Shown one piece after another: positions 48,409 to 58,660 of a stretch of 61,970 nt of DNA. The stretch is taken from NCBI GenBank assembly GCA_001724265.1, contig MEDY01000151.1, forward strand, positions 1 to 61,970. The letters run 5' to 3'. Each line of letters starts with the position of its first letter. The first letter of the stretch is position 1. The notes below the pieces were generated by a model. The model did no database searches. It saw only the letters and a program-made list of their open reading frames with translations, and was not told where the DNA came from. A program made the position numbers and the translations under genes. Source of the DNA: Rhizaria sp. SCN 62-66. Its lineage: Eukaryota.

Positions 48409-49323
48409 GGAGCCCGGGGGGGTAAGGCGGAACCGGCTTGCTGGGTTGGCGGGAAAAAAGAAGTTAACACAAGCAACGGGACGGTCTGCAGAGAAAACAT
48501 GAACAACGTGGGAGATGACGATGGGTGAGTGCGATGAAGGCGTGAACGAGGCGTCGGATGCGGAGCAATCACGGATGTTAGACGTCGTTTAAGGGCAGGC
48601 GTCAACCCGTTGCTGCCAGGTCGATTAGAAAGCCCAGTCGCGCGTCAACAGTGACATGAAATATCAAAACGGAAAGAACGAAAAAACATCTGCTTGCACT
48701 CCGAAGATTTGTGTCATCGCCAGGGCTCCTTCGAACACATTCTCACTTTGAAGCACGGTGAAGAAGGGACCAAGCCCGCAGGACCACAAACGAAACTTGG
48801 TCACCTTTCGCGCGCAAGCAAATCAAAACTGAGCTCATGTGGAAGAAGTCACGACACTTTTAGCATGTTTCTTCCCTTTTCAGTATTGCATTACCATAGA
48901 CCACAATGTTTGTACGCAATCCGATGACTTCTCAAGGTGGCATTTCTTCTCGAACTGATCGACCACAAACGCTTTTTGCGTCATGCCGAGTCGCGTGACA
49001 CATTCACGGAGTCTGTGGCCATGCATTCCTTCTGCACAACAGGGGGATGTTTTTGCGATTCATTAGATTTATTGATTTGCCGTATGCATTTTGTTAACGC
49101 TGTTTTGTTTTGGCAGAATGTTTCTTCAAAGTTTAAGTGCGCGGCTGAAAACTGAATTCGTGGTCAGATTGGCTTTTTGCGTCCTAAGGATTCTCAATAA
49201 AGTGTATTTTGCTCCAGAGTTCATAATCAAGCTCTATTTCTATTAATTCCATCGCTAGGTATCACACTGGCCGCGCCAGCAGCGCGTCTCTGCCTTAAGT
49301 CTCACTTTACTCACTTACTCCCT

Positions 49324-51833
49324 TCACTCATCATCGTCATCATCGTCATCATCCGACTCGAACGCGAACGAGCCGCCCGCGGCAGGCGCCGGCGGCCCCG
49401 GGCGCGTCCCCGCGGGCGGGCCCGGACGTGCCGCAGCCGCCGAAGGCCCCGGCCGCGCGCCAGCAGCGGGAGCAGCAGCAGCAGCAGCAACATGAGGGCG
49501 GCCAACGACAATCGGCGCGACACGTGATTGCTGCTGCACAGGAGCCGCAGCCAGAGGAGCCGCAGCAGCAGCGGCGACGGGCGCCGCGCCGTTGGTGTAG
49601 ATGAACGTGGCCTTGGCGACCGCGGCCGCAGCGGCTTCCTCGTCGTCCTCTCGGATCACGCGCGCCTTCCCAGCGCCGGCGCCGCGACTGCCGGCGACTA
49701 TGCGCGCCAGCGCCGCGTCTTCGACAGCCGAGGTCCCAGTCGCAGCGCGCGCGCGGGCAGCGGCAGCGGCCGCCGCAGCGGAGGCAGTGGCAGGAGCTGC
49801 GGTGACGCTGGACATGTCGTCATCATCGTCGTCGTCGCTGTCGCCGACCTTGAAGCTCCCCTTGCCAGATTTTCCGGCTTGACTGCCCGCCTTGGCTTCC
49901 GCCTTGGCCTTGGCCTTCGCGGCGGCCGCGCTGGCGGCGGGGCGGGTGTACGCGTCGTCGTCGTCGTCGCTGTCGGCGGCGTTGCGGCGATTCCGGCGGC
50001 GTCCCGCAACCTCGGGCACTGCTGTTGCAGCGGCGGCAGCGCTCTTTGACTTCGAGTGCATCGCCGCCGCAGCAGCAACGTTGTCTTCGTCGCTGTCGTC
50101 GCCGCGTTTGCTGTTGCCCTTTTTGCCGCCCTTCTTGCCGCCCTTCTTGGTGTTCGCCGCATTGCCACCGCTGTTGTTGTTGTTCTTGATCGCAGCGGAG
50201 ATGTCATCGTCGATGCGCAGAGACAGCAGCGAGTCCAACAGCGCACGCTCACGCGCCCCGTCGTCATCGTCATCGTCGTCGCCCAGCCGACCCTTGCCCT
50301 TCCCCTTGCCCTTGCCCTTCCCTTTACCGCCCGCGCGCGCCGTGGCCGCAGCCAGGATCGCGCTGTCATGGGTCGAGTCGAGCCCGACGTCAATCCTCGC
50401 AGATGCAGCTGCAACAGAGGCTGCGGCAGCAGCGGTCGTGGCGGTGCGGAGAGGCATGTCGTACTCGTCGTCGTCCTCATTCTCATCGTCGTCGCCGTCG
50501 TTATGAGTGATAACGGGCTTCTTACCGGCCTTGGCAGACTTGCCGCCCTTCTTCTTGGCCGCGGCCATAGCAGCGGCAGCGGCGGCGGCAGCAGAGGTTT
50601 CGCCATCATCGTCGTCATCGTCGGTGTCTTCGAAAGCGAAACGGTTCTTGTTGCTGTTGGTGCGCGCAAATGACGTCATCTCTTCTTCCTCGTCTTCCTC
50701 TTCCTCCTCTTGCTCCTCCTCCTCCTCCTCCTCCTCCTCGTCATCATCATCGTCGTCGTCATCATCGCTTTTAGACGACTTGGCACCCTTAGCTGCCTTG
50801 CCCTTACCCTTCGCGCCCGCGGCCAGCTGCGCCTGCGCCTGTGCCTTGGCCCTCGCGCTGGCGCCTGCGCTCGCGCCGCTGACCGCCGCGGCGACACCGG
50901 CGTCGTCGCCGTCAATACGCGCATCCACGATCTCCACGCTGACGTCGGCCGCCGCAACGCCCGCAGCCTGCTGCGCCTCGGTCAGCGCGGCCGCCAGCGC
51001 GCGGTACCGCTCCGGCTCCAGCACCAGCACGCTCTCCCAGAGCCCGGCGCCGCGGTGCGCGGACTCGACCGCCAGCGCCAGCGGCAGCGCGGCGGCCGCG
51101 AGGGCGTCGCCGGCGCGGGCGGGCGCGGTCACGCGGACGCGCATTGGCGCGCGTTGGATGGGGATCAGCGTCTTGAGCTGCGGAATGAGCTCCAGCGCAA
51201 GCTGCTTGGCCGTGCGGCGCTCGGGCAGCGAGACGTGGAGCTGTTCCAGGGCCTTTGCGACGAGACGAGGCGGGAGAGGAAGACGGGTCTCGGAGTTGAT
51301 GCACATCGAGACGATGAGGCTGACGACCTCGCGCTCGCGCTTTTCGCGGTCGTGCGCGCGCTCGCGGTCGGACACCTGCATCTTGCCCTTGTCGAGGATG
51401 AGGCGGCACACTTCGGCCGTGTCGCGGGTGCCGAAAGCCTCTTGCAGGTCCTTGCCAGAGGCGACTTGGCCCTTGGAGACGTTGCGGTACACAGTGTCGG
51501 ACTGAAGCACGTTGGACATGTCCTTCTCACTGCGCAAGTAACAAAAAGCGATGGGGTTTTATGTAAGATACGAGATAAAGCGAAAGAGCGTGAGTTTGCG
51601 GGTAAGATGGATGTGCAGGGGTAGAGACTACAAGATGGTCAGAAGCCGAGGGTGACGACAGCAGAGAGAAGGATACAGGATGAGCTAGGGGCGACGTACA
51701 CTTTACGGCGCCAGTCAAGGACCTTGTTGGGAAAACAGGCAATCTCGAAACGTTGGCCACCAACGTCGTAGCGCACAAACACAATGTTTGTGAGGCGCAC
51801 TTGACCAATGGGCTGCTTGACGCCACTACTCAT
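49324..51833 (-). CDS. SBDS: Ribosome maturation factor SBDS/Sdo1 with long low-complexity C-terminal extension; exons 51833-51700 and 51529-49324
   Basis: QPIGQVRLTNIVFVRY..GQRFEIACFPNKV, EKDMSNVLQSDTVYRNVSKGQVA, AKQLALELIPQLK..IPIQRAPMR. Intron 51530-51699 (GTACGT...GCGCAG, phase 2); TGA stop. Confidence 0.93.
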
Positions 51834-53272
51834 CGGGGAAGTGCTGTTGAGGCAGGCAGACAGAGCGAAGAGAAGGGGTTGAATGGAAGTGTGCAGAATA
51901 AATAGATGAGAAATATGTAAATGCCAACTACACACAGTAAAGAAGGCGACTAAAAGAACGTTGAGATGGAGAGCCAGGAAAAATGCGAGAGCGGAAGCGG
52001 CCCGAAGAGACTCGAGCCGGACAGCGTGTTTGCAGTGCTGGTTCATTGGTCAGATGTCCGTCTAATAAGATACAACTTTAATAAAATAGAGAACACAGAT
52101 ATTGAACTTGTTTCTGTAAATAACATAGCAATCTGTGGTCGGCAAGCCATTTACGCGCTGTATTTTATGTCTCCACCACAAGTTGCTTTTGCGGCAACTC
52201 GCCCATTTTTCGGTCCAAACGGCTCACGACTTGACAAGAAATCCCTGATATCGGAGTCTATTCTATCAAAAAGGGGATTAGTAGCAAACACGTCAATTTG
52301 CCAATGTTAATAGGCTACTTCCACCTGTCTTGCCGACATCAGCTCACGAATCGCGCGCCGTCTGTCACTCTTAGGGCTCTTTCAGTGCTTGAGTGAAGCC
52401 ATGAACGCTCACAAGGGGTCGATCTGTGCACGATATGATCTTAATAAGAACATCAGATTACCATATGATATCCATCACAAAGTATTGCTCTCATCGAGGC
52501 ACATCTTTCATGTGATCGAGGGCTCTCAGGCGAAACAAGCATGGTCCCAGCACCTCAGCAACTACCTTAGATCCGCCATTCAGCGTTCTATATTCATAGT
52601 TTGGAAAAATCCGGCGCATTAGTAGAAATAAACAGCACTATTCATCGCGCCTCAGATATACGTCAACTCTTACGTTGCATTTAGAGACCAAACTACGCGT
52701 AGATGTGGTGTGTCGGACAGAATAAAATGCTTACATTTGCAGTTGCTGTTTCTTTTCTGGAGGCATGGGTTTGGAAAGAAGAAACTAAAAACCTGCAAAT
52801 ATACTTCGCACGTGCGAAATCTCACGCCGTTCCCAACCATTTTTTTCCTGAGGATCTCGCACACTTTCTGTAAAGATGAATATACGCGAATGATACTTCT
52901 CAATAGGGATAAAACACAAACACGATGATGATTCAGGTTGTTTTGTGTTTAGGATTTTTATTGTACATGAAGCGGTGGTGATATAGAAGGCTATAACACC
53001 ATTTAGGTGAATCGCGTCCGTGGCAGAGCTTCGAGGCGAGCATGCCTGCTCGGAGCAGAATTTGAAGAACACCCGACCAACGTTACGGTTAAGCAAGAGT
53101 TCTTTAATTCTAGATTTTTTACTTAACAAACTGTTCTTTTCATGAAGAGTTTTTCTTACAATGTCAAGTGTACCGTGAAATCTATACCGAAACTCACCAT
53201 GCCCCCTTCCAAACAATCTTGACCGTTTCCTGACTCCGTTTTTTGTGATCTCGCAGACAAGTTCTCGCTCCC

Positions 53273-54556
53273 ATGCTCCCCGCCCAGATCAAGATCATTA
53301 AGGACACCATCCCCATCCTCGAGAAGGGTGGTGAGGGCCTTGTGAAGCATTTCTACGGCCTTCTCATGAAGCACGACAACGTTCGCCCCCTGTTCAACCA
53401 GACCCACCAGCGCTCCGGCGCCCAGCCCCGCGCTCTGGCCAACTCGATCCTGTGCTATGCGCGCAACATCGACACCCTGGAGAACCTCGGCCCCCTTGCT
53501 GCGCAGATTGTCAACAAGCACGTCGCCTTCCAGATCATGCCCGACCACTACCCGATCGTCGGCACCTGCCTCCTCCGCTCCATCCGCGAGGTCCTTGGCG
53601 AGGCCACCGCCACCGACGAGGTCCTCCAGGCCTGGGGCGCGGCGTACCTCCAGCTCGCCGACATCCTCATCGCCGCTGAGGCTGACGCCTATGCCGCCAT
53701 CGCCGCCGCCCCCGGTGGCTGGTCCGGCCGCCGCCGCTTCCGTGTCGCGAGCAAGACCGCCGCCAACGCCGCTGGTGATGTCGTCACCTTCGAGCTCGCG
53801 CCCGTCGACGGCGGTCCCGTCCTCCGCGCCAAGCCTGGCCAGTACCTCACCATCGTTGCCGACTCCGTCCCCGGCCAGCCCGACTCTGTCCGCCGCAACT
53901 ACTCTCTCTCTCGCTCTGCCGACGGCTCCAGCTACTGCATCACCGTCAAGCGTCTTAACGGCGGCGCTCTCTCCGGCTGGCTCCACGACTCCGTGGCCGT
54001 CGGAGATGAGCTCGACATCTTCCCCCCCGCCGGCGAGTTCGTCCTCGAGACCCCCGCCGCGGCGTCCAGCGGCTGCCCCTTCACCGGCGCCGGCGCCACC
54101 TCAGGCTCCCCCCGCGGCCTGCTCCTTGTCTCGGCCGGCGTCGGCATCACCCCCACGATGGCGATGCTCGAGGCCGCCACCGCGCCCTCGGCGCCGGCCC
54201 GCCAGACGTGCTTCATGCACTACACTCAGGACGCGCGCACCCACGCCTTCGCCGACCGCGTCGCCGCCATCGCCAACGAGGCCGCCGGCGCGTCCCGCAA
54301 CGGTAGCAACGTCTCGCTCTTCACTGCCTACACCGCGCCCGACGCGACGTCCACCGCGGGCGCCACCGCGACGGGCCGCATCAACGCCGAGCACATCGCC
54401 GCCGCCATCGCTGCCGCCGGCGGCGCCGACAACGTCGACGTCTACGTGCTCGGCCCCACTGGCTTCATGAAGACTGCGCGCGAGCTGCTCTTCGCCGCGG
54501 GTGTCCCCCAGGCCAACGTTAAGCACGAGTTCTTCGGCCCCAGCGAGGCGATCTAA
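53273..54556 (+). CDS. hmp: Flavohemoglobin (nitric oxide dioxygenase)
   Basis: Globin domain (HFYGLL, QPRALANSI, IVNKHVAF, HYPIVGTCLL, AWGAAYLQLADILI), FAD-binding domain (KPGQYL, RNYSLS, ITVKR, LSGWLHD), NAD-binding domain (SAGVGITP, GPTGFM, HEFFGP); intronless CDS; TAA stop. Confidence 0.96.
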   Translation: MLPAQIKIIKDTIPILEKGGEGLVKHFYGLLMKHDNVRPLFNQTHQRSGAQPRALANSILCYARNIDTLENLGPLAAQIVNKHVAFQIMPDHYPIVGTCLLRSIREVLGEATATDEVLQAWGAAYLQLADILIAAEADAYAAIAAAPGGWSGRRRFRVASKTAANAAGDVVTFELAPVDGGPVLRAKPGQYLTIVADSVPGQPDSVRRNYSLSRSADGSSYCITVKRLNGGALSGWLHDSVAVGDELDIFPPAGEFVLETPAAASSGCPFTGAGATSGSPRGLLLVSAGVGITPTMAMLEAATAPSAPARQTCFMHYTQDARTHAFADRVAAIANEAAGASRNGSNVSLFTAYTAPDATSTAGATATGRINAEHIAAAIAAAGGADNVDVYVLGPTGFMKTARELLFAAGVPQANVKHEFFGPSEAI

Positions 54557-55321
54557 GTGCGCTCTCTTTAAGCGCTCGAAGTGAGCTTTAAGCGTGCTCT
54601 AATTTAAGTGCGCTCTAGGCGCGCGCTCTTTCTAAGCGTGCGAGCGAACGAACAGTGACTTATCATCATATTTGTCGAAAATGATGTCGGCTCGGTGTTA
54701 TTGTTGACGCTGTTTGTTGTCGACGTTGCCGTTTTGTTGTTTGTTGAACCTTGAAACCTGCCGATGCCGCCCCTGTTCGTGCGTTGCCGCGCTTCCGTCA
54801 CTTCTACCTGCACGCACCCCTGTCGCTGCCTGGTGCTTTCGCCGTACCGCTTTGTGCGGTGAGCCGACAGTGATTTTTCTTTGCCGCAAGAATTGGTGAT
54901 GGTGATACTATATATTTGGAACCTCATGACAATCCCCAACCGGACCCCCCTCTGTGGGTGATTCCCCACCCTCCTCTGTGTGAAGTAACTTCCGAGAGTG
55001 AGGGCCTAAGATCCACTTCAATCTTGTCTGTTATATCCCTATTTGCACAAATACCAGCGAGAATACATATTTCATTCTGTAAACAACGTTAGTTAAAACT
55101 TGAACTTAATGAGTCAACAACATATTGTTTGATTTAAAGCTTTATTCACAGCACGTATCAATCAAATGCACTACACTCTCCAATTTCGCCGCTGTCGACG
55201 CATCTCACGCCCCTCCGCGTCGTGACGATCTGGCTCCGAGCTGTGTGCCACATTGCCTCGTTGAAATCGTCTGAATACTTTTGTGTAATATTTCCTTGCT
55301 TTACTCTGTTGATTCATATTT

Positions 55322-58300
55322 ATGCCATCCTCTGAATCTTTGTTTCTCGCGCAGATTGGCTTTCGGTCAAAGCCAACGTTTTTTTCCGTATCTCGCTCGA
55401 CCGGGATGCCCTTCTTCCCGGCCCTGGGCCACTCCGGGAGCTCGATGGGAGCCTCAGGTCCCTCTACGTCGGGATTTCTCAGAAGCTCAATGGGCTTTCC
55501 TCTCGCGGACTCTTCTCTGCGACACGATGGTGACGCGCAATCGACCCTAGCGCTGCTCACCTCTCACGACCCTCTGTTGTCGTCCTCCCCGTCCTCGCAG
55601 CAGTACCTGGTTCACAACAGCACCGCTGAGCTTCCCCCATCTCTCTCCAACACACTCTCAGGATCGTTTAACCACAGTCTTGGCTTCACACCGTTTTCAC
55701 ACGCACTCTCGCTGCCCCAACCTCAGCCGCAGCCGTCAGTGAGTCACTTTTCCCCCACAGCCTCTGGGCCACCGCATATGCTTGCGCCGCTTCCCGTGCG
55801 TTTGGACAAGCTGCCCTTGTCGCATTCGCCCTCGCCCTCAGTCGCCTCTACGGCCACAGGCACCGCGTCCGCGTCCGAGCACCCCACGCCCCCACAGCCC
55901 CCGCCAAGAGTCGTTCCTCGACTTGCCGTTGCTTCAGATACAGTCACCTCTGACCCTGCGTTTGGCCGATACGGTGGCGCCACTGGGACTCATGGTGATG
56001 CGGGGGCCTCGCAGTGGTATCCGGGTTAGCAGCCATATTCGTGGCCGCAAGTTTCAGCCTGCAGCGAAAGTCGTCCGAGCGACTGCTACAGCAGCAGCTC
56101 ACAGTGCAACTCTGGCGGCGGCACTGCTGATCTCGGCACGGCGTCAGTACACCAAAACAGTTCCGATACCGGTGGATATATCGGTGCATATAGCGGGGGT
56201 CAGAGGACTGCTACGGCATTTTCTGATGCAATGGTCGCTGCAGACGCTGCTATTGCTGCAGGGGCCGCCATTTCCGCTGTCTCCACAATGCCCATCGCTG
56301 TCGCAGCCTCTACAGCATCACACACAGAACCACCGTGCCGCGTTGCGCGCACGGACTCACGAGCAGCGATGGCCGCTTCTATGGGCCCGGACTCGGGGAC
56401 GGCGACTGTAGCTGTTACTGCACATAGTAGCAATGCTCCAGCGATGGCAATGGAGCTTGGAACAGGTGCGACTGGTAGGCGCGGCGGCGGCCGCGGCGGC
56501 CGCGGGCACAGCGGTGGCGGTGGCGGCGGCGGCGGCGGCAACGGCAGCGGCAGTGACGGCGGAGGACGGCGCGGCGCTGGTTCTGGCTCTGGTGCGCGCA
56601 ACCCAGCGTCAACTACCACGAGCAGCGACGAGGACGAGGACGAGGACAACGGTGAAGCAACTAGCGCGAGCCAGGGCAACAGCAGCAGCAGCGGTGCTGG
56701 CAGTGACAGCGATGATAACGACAATGTAAGTCTCACCACACGTGGCCCCAGCAGAGGCCCAGGCAGCGCGGCTACCGGGATTGTCTCCGGCCCTGCTCAC
56801 GGTCACTACGCCTACGGTCACTACGCCTACGGTCACTATGCCCATGGTCACTATGCCCACAGCCAGCAGAGTTAGCTCAGTCAGCCTGCGGCTTCAGTGA
56901 CGAGCCGCGGCCGCTTGCGCCGTCTCAAACGGCCTGCCGACGCAAACATGAGCACCGTTGCAAACGACGGTGGCAGTGATAGTGAGGTGTCCGGAAGTCA
57001 AGCCGCGTCAGGAAGTCAAGCCGCGTCCGGAAGTCAAGCCGCATTGAGTCGCCGCGATCACATGCATCCCACGACGCGCACACGTCTCGCAAGCTCCCAC
57101 CCTTCCTCCCGCTCAGAGCAATGCCGACCGCAGCGGCAGCAACAACAGCAACAGGAGCAGCAGCCGCGGCCGCTGGGACAGACGATGGTGCTCGGGGCAA
57201 GTCGTGCGTTTAGTGGTGACCGCAGCGGCAGTGACCACGACGGCACCGAGGACACCACTGGCTATGGGTATGACAACAACGTGATCCCGCAAGAGCCCGG
57301 TTACTTTGCGCCTCTACAATATGCCCAACAGCATCAGCAACAACAGTCTCCGCAAAAGCAAAACCAGCAACTGCCCCCTCAAAGTCAAAACGTCACCCGC
57401 AACCATGGTAGCTCGTCTGCGCACGTGTTCAGCAGCAGTCTCTCCGGGCACGGCTATGACAGCCGTGCGGGGTATTCACTGCCGCCGCCCGCCTTGCCCT
57501 TGCCACTTACGCTTCCGCAGCCACAGCCGCCGTATCCGCAACCCCCGTAGCAGCAGTGGCGGGTGCAGCCTCGCGCAGACAGTGCTGACATGAACACTGC
57601 TGCACCTGCACCTGTATCTGTGGCTGTGCCTTCGACGGGGACTGCAACATTGGCAACTGCTCCTGCCGTGGCTGCAGCTGCAGCGACTGCAGCTGCAGCG
57701 GCGTCAACGTCTGTCGCAGCGGGTGGCAGCAGTTCGCGCAGCAGCGCGGGTCTGCGCCCACCGAAGCGAGCCAACAACGCGTACATGTATTACTGCCGTC
57801 TGACACGGCCTGAGCTGCGGCGCGCACACCCAGCACTGCCGTTCGCCGAGATTGGCGCGCGCTTGGGCCGCATGTGGCAGTCGCTGCCCGCGGCCGAGCG
57901 CGCAGAGTTCGAAGAGATGGCGCGCGTCGACCAAGAGCGGTTTGCGCGAGAGGCGGCGTCGCACGCAGCGATGGCCAAGCTTGGCGCATCGCTCATGTCT
58001 CAGCAACAGCAACAGCAACAGCAACAACAGACTGAGGCTGGCGCAACAACTCCGAGTCCGGGGCCGAGTGCGAACATGGCGAACGCTACTCCCATTGCTG
58101 CAGCAGCAGCTGCTGCTGCTGCCGCGGGCCACAGCGGCGGCTACGGCGGCCACGGCGGTGCGTGCGTGTGCGCGTGTGCATGCGGCGCTCGCAGTCCGCA
58201 ACCGCAGCTCCCGCCTCCCGGTCACAGTCCGCGTCACCGCCACAGCTTTGCTCACGGACACTCACAGTCAGAACTATTGCAGTCGCGGTCGATGCCACCA

Positions 58301-58660
58301 TCACCGGCGCTCCCGCCGCCGCTGCTCCCACCAACTCTCGACTCATCACGGAGCGGCGGTGGCGGCAGCGATGCGCACCGGCACAGACAGCGCCACAGCG
58401 GAGACTATAGTCACAACTTTGGTCAGGGCGACAGTCAGCGGGGCACGCGTGTGGCTGAGTCGCATGTGCACGAGCTACAGAAGCAAGTGCTCTTGCTGCG
58501 CCAACAACTTGCGCATGCGCAGGCACAACTGCAGGCACAGACACACGCACATACGCAGACATAGACGCATATGCAGATGCACGTGCCGCCGCGCCTCTAT
58601 GCGAGCCGTGACGACGATGATACAGAGACGGTAGACTCCGGCGCTTTATTTATTAAGTGA
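55322..58660 (+). CDS. ~1110-aa HMG-box protein; single reading frame with four in-frame TAG codons
   Basis: ORFs 55322, 56231, 56897 and 57563 are all in one frame, separated only by TAG at 56027, 56873, 57548 and 58562; the frame ends at TGA 58658-58660. HMG box PKRANNAYMYYCRLTRPELRRAHPALPFAEIGARLGRMWQSLPAAERAEFEEMARVDQERFARE (~57761-57952). Start uncertain. Confidence 0.75.
56801..56860 (+). repeat. 15-nt coding tandem repeat x4 (GHYAY/GHYAH)
   Basis: ggtcactacgcctac ggtcactacgcctac ggtcactatgcccat ggtcactatgcccac. Confidence 0.85.
56991..57042 (+). repeat. 18-nt coding tandem repeat x3 (SGSQAA)
   Basis: ggaagtcaagccgcgtc(a/c) repeated three times, the last copy partial. Confidence 0.8.

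Noticed and set aside
56025-56896. GTTAGC at two TAG sites as splice donors that would remove the stops
   Set aside because: The downstream sequence is open in frame and coding-like, with no AT-rich pyrimidine tract. One gap is only 21 nt, and the motif does not match the GTACGT-type donors seen here.
36059-58660. BACK and HMG genes as ordinary pseudogenes
   Set aside because: Disfavoured but not excluded: 6-8 disruptions are all TAG, with no TAA, TGA or frameshift, whereas the real pseudogene fragment at 35718-35880 does show an indel.
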